Positions 1-12,545 of a stretch of DNA of 64,000 nucleotides are shown one piece after another. Each line of letters opens with the position of its first letter. Positions within the stretch are counted from its first letter, which is position 1. This DNA is from Callorhinchus milii (taxonomy: Eukaryota): contig NW_024704743.1 of the NCBI RefSeq assembly GCF_018977255.1, positions 3,784,001 to 3,848,000 of the forward strand. Reading direction: 5' to 3'. The position numbers were made by a program, and so were the translations under genes. The notes beneath the pieces are model-generated. The model was not told where the DNA came from. It worked only from the letters and a program-made list of their open reading frames with translations, and did no database searches.

Positions 1-262
1 TGACGTTAAGTTAGATGTTCAAGACTCATGGCACTCTTTGAATAGAGAAGAGAGTTTCTCCAGTGTCTTGGCAGACAATCGCCCAAATAAAATTGGTCAT
101 TCACTCCATAGCTGTTTGTGGGCTATTGCTGTGTGCAAATCGGCTGCCTCGTTTAACCTCAAAAATACCCAGTCACTACACTTAAGAGTAAATCCTGCAA
201 CACGTTTAAGACAACTCAACAATGTGATTAGGGGCAATATCAAACACAAGGATTATTATCAT
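1..262 (+). mobile_element. Deu-domain SINE (family A), cut by the window edge
   Basis: AAGACTCATGGCACT...GTGTCTTGGCAGACAATC...TGTGCAAATCGGCTGCC followed by an AAGGATTATTAT tail; matches other copies in the window. Confidence 0.85.
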
Positions 263-551
263 ATATATGTATGATATATATATACGATAATAAATAATAA
301 TATATATGATAATACCGACAGGCTATAAAAAGGACAAGCTTGATTCGAACGAACCACTTTTACTTAGCTAAGCTTTTTTTTAATGCTACACTTTCAACCT
401 TGGTGGTGCTCTGCTCCATGAGCTTTAGTTCTTCCATCAGGGTTCTGAACATAAAATCGCAGCCTGTAATGTATCAGGATCAGATACATTAACTTGATTA
501 AATCAGTCATGGTTCAACATTCTGAACTCCTTATACCACCAGCATGAGTTA

Positions 552-1130
552 CAATACCATGCAGATTTACATTTATATAGCGCCTTTCATGTTGTCCCAA
601 GGCACTGTAGCTAGTGGTGGCCAAGGGAAGGTGAAGAGGGGATGAAGATGCCCAAAGCGGAAGGTCTTGAGGTGATATTGAAGGAGGCGAGGGAATGGGC
701 TAGTCAAAATGGAGTCCAGGATGACGTTCCAGAGAACGGGGGCAGATACCGTGATAGACTGATGGTGGGGCAGGTGGGATGGGGGGGATGAGAAGCAGGC
801 CGTGGCCTGCTGAGCGGAGAGAGCGACTGGGTTGAAAGGCTTTGAGGTCTCAGAGGTGGGGAGGGGCAAGACTATGGAGGGATTTAAAGCTCACGAAGAG
901 GATCTTGAACATGGAGCCAAGTGCAGGAAAGGCCCTAAGCTGCAGGCTTGTGGATAGCCTGCATCTTGTGAAGGGAAAAGAGAGGTAGTCTGGTGAGCAG
1001 AGAGTTGGGTAATCTAGCCTGGATGTGATGAATAAAGGCTCCGTGGTGAGGTTGCAGTGGAGCCAGGCAATGAAAGAGAGATGGGATGGGTTGGGGGAAC
1101 GGGGAGGAAAGCTGAAACGGATGCGAGCTT
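552..1130 (-). mobile_element. L2 LINE 3' fragment, decayed
   Basis: Begins with the reverse complement of the L2 tail (CATTTATATAGCGCCTTTCA); purine-rich body resembles the reverse complement of 32030-32451. Confidence 0.7.
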
Positions 1131-1317
1131 TCCCATTGGATCCAATTTTATCATTCTTGACAAACTTAAGGCACCGTCCAGTTTAATTTGTGAACGTATG
1201 ATAAACCCTGCACCATGAAATGAATGTTTAATGTAACGTAAAACAGTAGAAATGTAAACATTTCCGAGTGCCAATTCGAACAACTGGACAAAGAGTCATG
1301 ACTTGTTTGATTAGGCG

Positions 1318-1700
1318 TCAACCAGGCCCAGTTGGCAGTACTTTATCCTCTAAATCATAAGGTTGTAAGGCTCAAGCTCCTCATCGGGATGTGGAATTCA
1401 CACAGTCTAAGATGACACTCCAATGCAGTGCTGGGGGAAGCCACTGCATTGGTTGGAGGTGCCTTCCTTCGGTCGAGACATCAAACCAAGGCCCTATCTG
1501 CCTGTTCGGGTGGGGGGAATGGGGGTGGTTAAAGATGCTGTAGAATTATTGGTGAAGAGAAAGGCTAATGTGAGACATTGCTGTGTGCAATTTGGCTGCT
1601 GAATCGGCCCACAAAATACACAGTCACTACAACTTACAGTAAATCCTTTCAAGCGCTTTTGAGGTGAAAGGTGCAATACCAAATGCAAGGATTCTTCCTG
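1318..1700 (+). mobile_element. Deu-domain SINE (family A), near full length
   Basis: tRNA-like head, GGAGGTGCCTTCCTTCGGTCGAGAC Deu block, tail AAATGCAAGGATT. Confidence 0.85.
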
Positions 1701-2573
1701 TTGTTATTACTGATAGTGACATTCAAGTAAATAACCAGAATCGCCATGAATTACACTTGCCGAGAGGGTCTGGCTCTTTGAACAACTTCCCTCCAGGGTA
1801 AAGACTATAGAAATATCATTAGCAGAAATCGGGTTGAATAATTGGATGACATTGCCTTGAAGGACGAGTACCTTTGCAAGGCTGGCTTTACTGGGTGATC
1901 TGTTTAGCTATAAATCAGAACAGAAAAGAGATGCGAATTGGCCTTTCGGGGGAACCATTGTCCCAAATACATTACAGAGAGAATAACTTTTCGATAATGA
2001 CTTGAAAGCAAATGATCGGAGTTTCGCGAAAGCCAATAGACTGTAATTTCCCACACAGAACATTGTGAGTTACTTTGTCAAAGGCTTCAAATCAAGAAAA
2101 ATGATCCCCCCTGTGAAGGTCATTATCGAAAGCATGATCTGTGTCTTCAATACGTTTCAGCGAGAACACGGTTTGGAAAGGAAAGGAAAAAAAAAAATAT
2201 CGAAACTGGTCCAAAGTAGGTTTCTCTCCATCTGGCGTTCAGACATTTTAAACAAATAATGCAGCGGTGTTCGGGCAGTATGGAAACAGGGCAATGATTA
2301 CTCAGTCCTTAGAGTTTCTTGTACAGAGACAAAGCTTGGTGGTATGATGATTTATTATTCTTTGACACAAACCAGCAACTGGCAGGTTATTTGTATACAA
2401 CAAAGCTACCGATTAAAGCAACTTTCAGAGGTCCAGTATTGTAATAAACGTATCTCCTCAATTGAGCTTTCGGTCATATTTCCTCTCTCCATCTCCCTCG
2501 GCTCCGACCTCCAGCGCTGTGAAATGCTTTGAGACGTGCTCCTGACATGAAAAGTGCTGCGCAAATGTAAATT

Positions 2574-2873
2574 GGAGTCCTGTAGTTTATCAGTTGACAG
2601 ACTCGCCTCGCAAGCGAGAGTACCCGGGTGCGATTGCTGGATGAAACCTTAGGCAAGTTTTGTGATTCCACACGCCTCTGTTTAGCTAGCGGTAAGTAAA
2701 AACAAAATGATAAAAAAAAAAAAAATTCCCCCCCAAAATAATAATAATAACGACAACATCAACCATATATACAGTCGATTCACTTTATGGTATAATCTGC
2801 AAAATGCTTGGAGGCGTCTCGATGACATGATGAGGCGCTATATCAAATGCAAAGATTATCATTATTATTATTA
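2574..2873 (+). mobile_element. tRNA-Ala/CORE-like SINE (family B), internally deleted
   Basis: GGAGTCCTGTAG head, AGGCAAGTTT...GCCTCTGTTT block, (TTA)n tail. Confidence 0.85.
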
Positions 2874-2899
2874 GATGAGGAAGCTGGACGGTCCACGGA

Positions 2900-3010
2900 C
2901 ATTGTAGTGTCAGTCTAGACTAAATGAGCTCAAAGTCTTGAGAGTGGGCTTGAACCCACAGCCTTCTGACTCAGAGGGAAGAGTGACAAACTAACTGAGC
3001 CAGGCTGGCA
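2900..3010 (-). mobile_element. Family A SINE head
   Basis: GGCTTGAACCCACAGCCTTCTGACTCAGAGG...ACTGAGCCAGGCTG is the reverse complement of the tRNA-derived head. Confidence 0.8.
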
Positions 3011-3224
3011 CCTGATCCCAGTGACACTGATGTTAGGGAATGAACAGGGCTCTCAAAAGTTTTTCGAGCGCTGGATGGTGCCAGTATTCTTCACTCGCGG
3101 AGATGACAACATTTGGCATTCAATCACTGCAATTTTGGCAATGGTTGTCCTCCAAAAATTTAGGATAAACAGGATCATTTTCACAGTGTGCATGTCAGCC
3201 GATGGCGATGTTTCAATGTTGTGC

Positions 3225-3618
3225 ATCAGCCTGGCTCTGTTGATGGCACTCGCACCTCTGAGTAGGATGGTTGGGGGTTCAAACCCCACACTGGGACTTG
3301 GTACTCATAACAGCTAGACTATGAGATGTTGAACCAAGTTCCTGACTGTTCAGGGGAGCTTAACGATCCCATAGCAATATCCTCAAAAGGAAGGGAGTTT
3401 CTCCTGTTTTTTTCGGGCTGACAATTCCCCACCGTCCCGTCCCCCCAATAAAATGAATCGATCACTTCACGGCTGATTGTACAAATTTTGCTGTGTACAA
3501 ATTGGCTGCTGCATTTGCCCCACTTCACAGACACTCCACATTACAGTGAAGCCTGCGAAGAGCTTCGAAACGTCCTCCCGACCCGAAAGGCGCTAAACCA
3601 AATGTAAGGATTAGGATT
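3225..3618 (+). mobile_element. Family A SINE
   Basis: TCAGCCTGGCTC head, GATCCCATAGCAAT Deu block, tail AAATGTAAGGATT. Confidence 0.85.
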
Positions 3619-3735
3619 TGCACCATGCTATGCCGTGTTTGTGAGTGGATTAGAATAAAATTTGCCAAATAATTTAACGAGGACAGTGTCCCTTTAACAA
3701 CGATGTCTCATTCTCTCTCTTCTATCTCCACCAAG

Positions 3736-3814
3736 GTTAGCTGAGGATTCCAGTATCTATTGGAAGATATCTCATATAATACGTTTTGAAGAACTGGGAG
3801 ACTTTTGCCTCTGA
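3736..3814 (+). CDS. Candidate terminal coding exon (LAEDSSIYWKISHIIRFEELGDFCL*), protein unidentified
   Basis: Long polypyrimidine tract TCTCATTCTCTCTCTTCTATCTCCACC-AAG, one longer open frame ending TGA TAA, unique sequence; no homology recognised. Confidence 0.2.
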
Positions 3815-4559
3815 TAATTGAAGCACTGTATCTCGGAGGAAAAAATCATCAGGAGTTCAGAAAGGGATCTGTCAGTATCCTCCATCATGCTTAGACTTGA
3901 GTGCCAGATATGTGAGCCCATTTCCAGTCCCGCTAGTTAAAGCGGAAACACAGGAATCGGGTAAAAAAACAAAACTTTGTGAAAACTTTTTCTGAAGGAA
4001 TAACTGCAACATCTCCGAAGTAGGACAAGCGGTAAAAATAACAATTCTCTTAACGTGTTTCCGCTCTACATCCAGTGATGTTTGATACGATACAATCAAA
4101 CTTACCCGTTAAAAATACAAGGCCGGTACAGACTTAAACCTTTATTAGAGGGAATGTGGATAGAAGGAGGAATTGGAATTAGAAATAGACGGCTTGGTAG
4201 CAACAGCGAACGGCAACAGGTGTCAGTTTGAATCACTTCTGAGTCAGAAATCCTTCCGATGAGGTGTTTCCTTTTTCGCTGCACCAGCTGAGATTCTGTT
4301 TTCCTTACTATCTATTCATGCCTCAGTCTCCACATCCACTCTGTTATTTCACGGAGTTGAATCAGGGCAATATAGGAGCAGAAGTAGGCAATTTGACATG
4401 ACTGTTTGACGATTTATTAGATAATGGCAAATTAAGCACTCCTGGAGGGCGTTATATAAACGCAAGTTGTTGTAGACACATCTTTCAACCATTTAATCTC
4501 ATCTGCCTATTTTTTCTCTATAACTGTTAAACCCCCTAACTCCCAAATATCTATATTAC

Positions 4560-5003
4560 CGTCCTTTAGATGAGCAGTTAAACCGATGTCCTGTCTGCCT
4601 GTACAGTTTGATGTTAAAGATCCCATGGCACTATTCGGAAAGATAAAGGAAATTTCTCCTGGTGTCCCGGCCAACAGTCTCCCAAATAAGATTGGTGACA
4701 GAACAAATAGATCATTATTTGGGGAGGACAAGTTTGCAGGGCTCTGGGGAGAGGGCGGGGGAGTGGGATTAATGGGGTAGCTCTTTTAAAAGGATGGGCC
4801 GAATGGCCTCCTTCTGTGCTGTATAATTCTATGATTCTGTGGCTGTTGTGGGACATTGCTGTGTAGAAATTGGCTGCCACATTTGTCCACAAAATACACC
4901 CCTTTACTGTAAATCCTGTGAAGCACTTTGAGTACATCTCAATGATGTGATAAGGTACTATAGCAAATGTAAGGATTATTATTATCATTATTATTATTAT
5001 TAT
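4560..5003 (+). mobile_element. Family A SINE interrupted by a CR1 3'-end fragment at 4721-4838
   Basis: Deu block AAAGATCCCATGGCACTATTCG; insert ends GGGCCGAATGGCCTCCTTCTGTGCTGTATAATTCTATGATTCT (CR1 3' UTR); SINE resumes at TGGCTGTTGTGGGAC. Confidence 0.85.
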
Positions 5004-5484
5004 CCTCCTCGCATTTAAATGACTCAATCAATTCTGCATCCACAGCCTTCTGGGGCGGTGCATTGCAAATTGCTATCGTGCAAGCAATGTTACCCAATCT
5101 AACCTCTAAGCACCTTGCAGCTAATTTTAAGATTATGCCTTTTCGGTTCCGGATCTCTTTACCGGAGGGAACAGTCGATTCCCATCTGCCTTGTCAATAT
5201 GCAAGTACAAGGAGGTGATTTGTTAAAAGAATCAATCCTCATTCAGTCTGTGCTTCCCCCCCCCCCCCCACCCGTGATAAGGGATTGAGGCTACTTATCC
5301 TCTCATCGTAATTCACCGAATGAACTTCCTGATCCTTAACTGCACAATCACGAACATGACTGAGGTCATTGGGCTACTTATGTGATGATGGCACGCCTTC
5401 ACACATGCAATAAGATCTTACTTTGACACAAATGCTTCAAACACACACACCCACACACCCACATCCCTTCGTCCAGAATGTAAA

Positions 5485-5970
5485 ATACAATACAATTCAT
5501 ACAGCCCCTTTCACATCGGTAGGACATCTCAAAGTGCTTTACACGGCTGACTGGATGACCCGAGTTTGTAAGGGGGAGCTGAAGGCCAGAGGGGATTGGG
5601 AGGGATGACCCAATGTGCGATCAAAGAAATAAATCTTAAGGCGGGCTTTAAATGTGGGGAGAGAGGGGTGAGTCAGAGCGACTCTGGGATGGAGCGCCAG
5701 AGAATGAAGGTAGAATGGCTGAAATGGGTGGTGGGAAGGATCGGGCAGGAGTTACGAAGAATGTAAAGCCTGCCTTAAGATTTATTTCTTTGATCAGTGT
5801 TCGCTGAGAGTAGGAAGCAGCCAGGTTGGCAGTGTTACAGGAAGCCGCAGAGGTAGAGTGGAGGGGTTCGAATGGGAGGATTAGGATCTTGAATTCGATC
5901 CGCTGGGGGGCATGGGGAGGCAGTGGAGCTGAGAGAGAAGGGGCGGGTGGGTTAAGGGTTTGTGTGGGTT
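5485..5970 (-). mobile_element. L2 LINE 3' fragment
   Basis: Translation contains PQRIEFKILIL, typical of the L2 ORF2 C-terminus; L2 tail at the left end. Confidence 0.75.
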
Positions 5971-6550
5971 TGGACACAAGCTGCTCAGTGGTAAAAATGG
6001 CAGGCAGACACAGTGTGAAACAACAGGTCTCCTGTTCGGTGCTGCGGCTGAATCCACAGTATAAACGCTGCATTAAGAAGCCCATTTGCTGCAGTTCTGC
6101 TGAAGTAATGAAATGTTAACCTTTCTCTATCGCACGCTGATTCCCTTGCTGTGCGTTTTCAGCGTTCTGAGCTTCTTTTTCAGAAACTAACGGCGACTTC
6201 AATACACAGTCTTTAATCTCACTGTGTCCTCTTGAATTGTTTTATGACTAAGACGACATGGGGCTTATTTTCCGTCGGTTGGGAAATTTACTGAGCTTGG
6301 CAGGGTGCCCTTCTAACGGTCAAATCCCATTATATGTGCATGCTGCCAGCTCAGTAACTTACCCACATGTGGAAAACAACCCCACAAGATTTTTCCCATT
6401 ACTGATGTCAAGGGAACAACAAGCCTATAATTTTCAGGATCATGTTTGCAGCGTTTATTTTGGAAGACTGAAATCTCAGGAGGTATTTTCAGTTGTCTGA
6501 TGCAACTCCCTGAGTTTCTATCTCACACAACTCCTATACCAGGGCATTAA

Positions 6551-7620
6551 GGGGAGAAATTCCACTTGGGTCTATTTTCTTAACGTTTCAGAACTTAATA
6601 AATCATCATAATAATAATCCTTGCATTTGGTGTAGCGTCTTTCACGTCACGAGAACGTCTCAAAGTGCTCAAGGATATACTGTGACCATGTGTTTTGTAG
6701 GTGAACGTGGTAGCCAATTTGCAAACAAATATACGGTCAATTCACTTTATAGCATATTCTGTGAAGCGCTTTGAGACGTCTAGAAGACGTGAAAAGCGCT
6801 ATATCAAATGCAAGGAGTATTATTATTCATTATTAACAGCAATGTCCCACAAACATTCACAAAGTGAATGACCAATTTTATGTGGGGGATTGTTTACTAG
6901 AACACCAGGGGAAACTCTGTTCTCTTTTCGAATAGTGCCAGAAGAACTTATAAGTGATCTGGAACTAGGAGTTGCAAGCACAGTGGCTAAGTTTGCAGAT
7001 GACTCCAAGCTAATAAAGGTGGTAGATTGCGATGCTGAACAAGATAGGACCCAAGAGGATCAGTACTATTATTTGAACGGAAGGAAAATAATATGTCTGG
7101 AAAATGAAAAGGACCTGGGGGTCCTGATTGACAATAAATCGAAGCTCTCCCAACAATGCTCTGCGGCAGTGAGTAAAGCAAACCAGATGTTGGGATGTAT
7201 CAAAAGTTGAGTAGCAAGCCAAAATAGTGGGGTAATCCTGCCACTGTATAACTCATTGGTGCGAACATACTTAGAGTACTGTGTACAGTTCTGGTCGCCG
7301 CAGTACAAAAAGGATATTGGAGAAATCGAGAAGATACAGAGGAGAGCAACCCAAATGATTGAGGGAATTGGAGGAACTGGAGTATGAGGAGCGACTCAGT
7401 AAATTGGGGATGTTCACACTGGAAAAGAGAAGATTGAGAGGCGACGTGATTGCTGTCTTTAAGATTCTAACGTGGCAAGACAATATAGATCATGACAGGC
7501 TGTTTCAACTTGTCCAGAATAGTAAAACCAGACTATATTTAAGAAGCCGCCAAATTCTGGATGCTCTGAAATACCGAGAAAATAAAGTAGATGTAGACCC
7601 CGTTTACATTTCTAATCCGA
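6551..7620 (+). mobile_element. MITE-like element split by nested SINE and CR1 insertions
   Basis: Left end GGGGAGAAATTCCACTTGGGTCTA and right part CCAAATTCTGGATGCTCTGAAATACCG both match the copy at 13597-14015. Confidence 0.55.
6948..7532 (+). pseudogene. CR1 LINE ORF2 (reverse transcriptase C-terminal half), frameshifted
   Basis: ISDLELGV...[47 protein letters not shown]. Confidence 0.95.
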
Positions 7621-7724
7621 AATGTATTTGTTTGGTTTTACTACTCCCCATGCACGCAGTTATTTTCCTAAAACTCTCGAGCCAGGGGACTCGACAATGC
7701 AGTGTGCACAGTAGTTTCCCCCCA

Positions 7725-7900
7725 AACAGTCGTGGATTGAATCAGTTGATCACTGTTTGTGGGACACTGCTGTGCGCAATTGGCTGCCGCGTTTCGCCCA
7801 CAAAATATATCAGTCATTCAGTATATCCTGCAAAGCGCTTTGAGACGTCGCGAAGACGTGATAAGGCGCTATATCAAATGCAAGGATGATTATTATTATT
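7725..7900 (+). mobile_element. Family B SINE 3' half
   Basis: GCGCAATTGGCTGCCGCG...GACGTCGCGAAGACGTG...(TTA)n. Confidence 0.85.
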
Positions 7901-10100
7901 AATACTCCAGAGCACTGCTGAGACATAGCTTGCCGGCAGTCAAGGGCAGACCCAGTCAGTGTGGGGTAGAGATTCTTCCCATAACCTTCTGGCTCAAAAC
8001 TGACAATGTTATAAACTGAGCCCAGACGAATAAATAATATATTTCTCTTTAATTTCAATGCATACTTTGATCTTGCTCCTTTTTTTTCGGAGGAAGGAAG
8101 GAAGGAAGACCTCTATAGTGCTCCGAGAAGCTATTCTATCTATTTAAACATGTCTATAAAAATGCAAGCTTTTGTAGAGTATTAGCGTAGATTACGAGCA
8201 AAAATCTAACATGAAACCCACAACTTCCTGACACAGAATTTCTGATTGAGTCACGCTGAAACAAAGGACTATATTTATGTTCCGCTAATCCTGGGTGTGA
8301 AACCATTTCTGCTAACATGTTCTCATCTTGCTGGTTATTAACTACTTTGACTGGCATGTATTTCTGGCGCCATATTACTGAAGCATGTAAAGATCTAACT
8401 CAAGCTCTCTGATATTTTACTGCACTGTCGTCTCAAGACAGCACAAGTATTTGTTTCAACATTTCACAGAATAGCAGCGTGCCTCCAGATTATCCATCAC
8501 TATCTGACTAATCTCTGATTTCCTCTGATGTTTGCTCTTTGCCAGACTCGTAAGCTGTGTGCAAAGATGAACAGGACGCGTAGTAGCTGAAGGAGAGGCA
8601 TGGTAAGGAAGAATAGTGTACAGTGGGCGTGGAAACATCCACCAGCTACGTTGAATCATCTTTCCACATGAGTTCATGAGGCAGCAAATAGATTGTACGA
8701 GTGACAAATAGGTTTTGATGCAAACAAATGTTTTTTTTTTCAAAAAATTATTTTGGTCAGTTGGGTGTCTGACACACGTGAAGACCCATCACGTGAAGAG
8801 CGTCCAGACCAGATCGAGAGGTCCAGACACGTACCAAAAAAAAAAAGTGGAAATTTCCCTGTGTCTGGAATGGAATGACGAACTCCGCATTACCTGATTC
8901 CGGTGAGTATTAGGCGCAGGTTGGCAAGAGCCGAGGCTTGGGGGACTCCAGAGTGTGCGTTGGGGGTAACTCCTGCAGGTTTAACATGGCTTGTCATTGC
9001 GAGCATTGTGATGGCACCTTTTCCACTGTTTGTCCACCTGGGACCACTCCGCCCATTTTAGAAAGCTTTGGCTTGCAGGACTTCGAATGGGACAAGGTCT
9101 GGCTGATTTCTTGTCACCAGCAGTGCCCTGGAGAACTGCGGACTTGCCTGGCTCCTTAACCAGACTCCCCAAAACTGCACCCAGAGGATTGAATTGATTC
9201 CGACATTCTGTTGGCAAACGTGTCTTCTTCTCTGCTCCAAGGAGAACCCAGCATACTTCCCTGCAAAGGAGGACGGCAAAATAAATGCAATGCAACGCAA
9301 GGGAAGAGTAAACATACACTTACAAGTCGAGACTGTCCATCAACTGCGGAAGGACAACGTTTCGGTGTCATTAATGATCACTCATAAGAGAATTCTAAGA
9401 GACGTTTCTGTCGACAAAGCTAATGAAATTTAACCGCATCATGACAGTGTTTGACTACAAGTCACACTCAGTTACTGTAGAGTTTGGACAGATCCACTGG
9501 TGAGGCCACATTTGGAACACTGCGGTGAAATATGCCGTGTTAATAATGATACTAGTAAGACTGCGTTTGATATAATAATAATATAATAATAATATTGATT
9601 AACATATAGCGCCTTATCACATCATTTAGACGTCTCAAAGCGTTTCACAGGATCTATTGTAAAGTGAATTGATTGTATATTTTGTGGGTGAACCGCATTA
9701 ACTAATTACACACAGCAATGACCCACTAAATCTTATATAAATATTAACAATATACAGAATATAAGCAGAATATAAACAGTGTTCCCTGTCTAATGCTGGC
9801 AAAAGGCATGTAGACATTTGAACGTTAGGACGAGGATCTTCTGCTGGAAAATTGGGAGCTTGGAAAGTGTAATGGGCGGGGAGGGAGGAAGTAACAGTCT
9901 CAATGAACCTGGTGTATGGAAGGTTATGGACTGCAGAGTGTTGGACTCTCTAGAACTTATGGACAGTTGAGCTGGGAAGACTCGTGAACAAGACACGGGA
10001 ACTTATGTCTACGGGTAATAAAGCCATGGATTGACAAGCCACAGAGATTTAATGAATTATTTCACATCTAGATGGAAAGTTCCCATGATTGTGGCTCCTT

Positions 10101-10283
10101 AATAATAATAATAATAATAATCCTTGCATTTGATATAGCGCTTTTCACGTCGGGAGGACGTCCCAAAGCGCTTCACAGAACACACTGCAAAGTGAATTGA
10201 CTGTATATTTGTGGGCGAACGCGGCAGTCAATTGCGCACAGCAATGTCCCACAAACAGTCGTAGATTGAAAATGACCAATTTA
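10101..10283 (-). mobile_element. Subfamily B2 SINE 3' half
   Basis: (TAA)n tail and CACGTCGGGAGGACGTCCCAAAGCG, diagnostic of B2. Confidence 0.9.
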
Positions 10284-10310
10284 TCGCATTTCAACTTCTG
10301 TTCAATGAAT

Positions 10311-10635
10311 CCTAGATTACATAGAAACCTACAGCATGTTCAACAGGCCATTCAATCCAACCAGTCTGTGCTGAAGTTTACACTCCATGTAAGTCTCCAC
10401 CCTCTCTTTACTCCCTCCCATACCCTTTTATTCTCTTCTCCTTCGTGTCAAGGTCTAGCTTCCTCTTAAATGTACCTACACTATCTGATTCAACCACCGC
10501 TTTGGGCAGCAAGTTCCACAATCTCATTACCCTGCCTCGGCATGAACAGGTTCCTCCTAAATCCTCTTTTAGATCCTCTAATCGATATCCTATGTTTGTG
10601 ACCCCCTGCCTGGTTACGGACTTGACAACAAACAT
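10311..10635 (-). mobile_element. CR1 LINE 3' end
   Basis: RVMRLWNLLPKAVVESDSVGTFKRKLD; CATAGAA tail remnant. Confidence 0.9.
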
Positions 10636-11384
10636 GGAGGGCAGAGAGAGGTAAAATTGACTAAAATATTTCTCATACCTGGGAAGGTGGTTGAGGCCAG
10701 GACACTCATTTAAAGCTTGATGCTATCACGGGTGGACAGCAGTGATGGGATGAGATCAGAACGTGCCGAAGGGCCTTCTTCAAGTACAAAACAATCTTGT
10801 GAACTTGCCACGCGTTCTTCCCGTTGGTTTTGCAAAACCGTAATGCCCCTGCCACTTGAGGCAATCACTTTTAATGTGCAAAATATTCTATTTTAATACT
10901 ACACTAAATTCTAATTACTTACAATTCAACCCTAAACTTGGTTGATGGTGGTGGTGGGGGGGGGGGAGGGGGGGAGAGGGGTTTGACTCTATTTGTCAAT
11001 TACAGTAATGTCTGGGAGCTAATAAATAAAAAGCAGCTGCTTAACTGAGATTTAACTCTCACGTGGGCCCAAGACAATTGCCATGAAAAGCAAACTCATG
11101 TTTACAATCAGGAGGGGTGACCTGCGAGTTAACGTTTTTCAATTGAAAACAGCTTTAATTTGGTACTTTATCAAAATGCAATGTTCCACAGAATTAAATT
11201 CATTACAGGCTACTGCATATTGCAGTACTGGGTTAGCCATAAAAAAGGAAACCAAAAATTACAGAACATTTTATAATTGGCAACGAGGAGGTGTTAGAGC
11301 TCGAATTGTAATGACAATTTTTGCATTTGATCTGGCGTCTTTCACGCTGGGACGGTGCCTCGGGATTTACTGTAAAAGTAATAA

Positions 11385-11584
11385 TAATAATAATCCGTGC
11401 ATTTGATATAGTGCTTTATCATGTAGTTTAAACATCTCAAAGCGCTTCACAGACTGTAATGCAAAGTAGAATTAACTGTGTATTTTGTGGGCGAAATGGG
11501 GCAGCCAATTTCACACAGCAATGTCCAACGATCAGCCAGTAAAGCGAGTAACCAATTTTATCTGGGGGAATTGTTGGCCAGCAC

Positions 11585-11641
<57 letters not shown>

Positions 11642-11745
11642 TTGCCCCCAGCATCACACTGGAGTGCCAGGCTGGACTGTGAGCTTGAAAGTCTTATTGT
11701 TGAGCTTGGACCCACAACTTTCAGCCCCGAAGCCGATCAACTAAC
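11385..11745 (-). mobile_element. Family A SINE with an internal (TAA)n run replacing part of the Deu block
   Basis: Tail at 11385, 3' body to about 11585, (TAA) run, then head-proximal sequence. Confidence 0.8.
11586..11640. repeat. (TAA)~18 microsatellite
   Basis: Perfect trinucleotide run. Confidence 0.98.
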
Positions 11746-12439
11746 TATCAGCTGAGATGATAGCTCGCAAATTGCTCGGAAAGTTGTGGCAGCTCATCAG
11801 AAACATGCAGCATAAACATAGTCTCATTCTTGACGCTGGATTCAGACGTTTCCAAAACAGGGAACTTTCAACCGTGCGTAATCAACAGGAAGGTTTATCT
11901 TTCTTCCACTTCCCAGCCTGCTCAACAGAATAAAAAGAGAAATTCTGCTCTGAAGTTTAATACAGTATCAGTGTCGTTGGGACTTGAAGGAGGATTGCAT
12001 TCAGCCAAATATTGAGGTCTAATTTGTGGCTTTAATATAAAGAAAGAGTGCCCATTTCATTCCAGACATACAGAAGTTGTTATGAGTAGGTGGAAAGCTA
12101 CGTGGAACTCTCCCTGGATTGAATACTCTCGGGCATGGTCTCAAGAGTAAAAACGTTGTTGGAAAACGATTTCGAGACGGAGCCAAGTGTGATGGCTTGA
12201 AACGTCTTTTCTGTGTTCGTCAGAATCGACGCAGTTATTGAATGAAGGATGAGGCCAAGCTTTACTGTTACAGCCAGATAATTAATTGTTAAACCACCTC
12301 TGATGCTGGCTTTGAACACAGCCGTTCAATAACGTATACATCTGCTTTTGATCTTCTGGTAGGATGTCTTGCACCATTCCCTGACCTCAACACAGAAAAA
12401 AAAACCTGCTGCTCTGTCCTTATCTTACAAAGTTACATT

Positions 12440-12545
12440 CAGCTTGATTGGATTAATGAATTAAGGAATAATAGGTCTCCAATGTGATTTACATCAATTG
12501 ATTAAATGTCAGCTTTGAAAAGCTGTGGGTTAAATTATGGCGGGC
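12440..12545. promoter_or_regulatory. Enhancer-like motif cluster (putative conserved non-coding element)
   Basis: TGATTGGATTAATGAATTAA, TGATTTAC, ATCAATTGAT, TGTCA and CTTTGAA within about 80 bp of repeat-free DNA. Confidence 0.35.
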
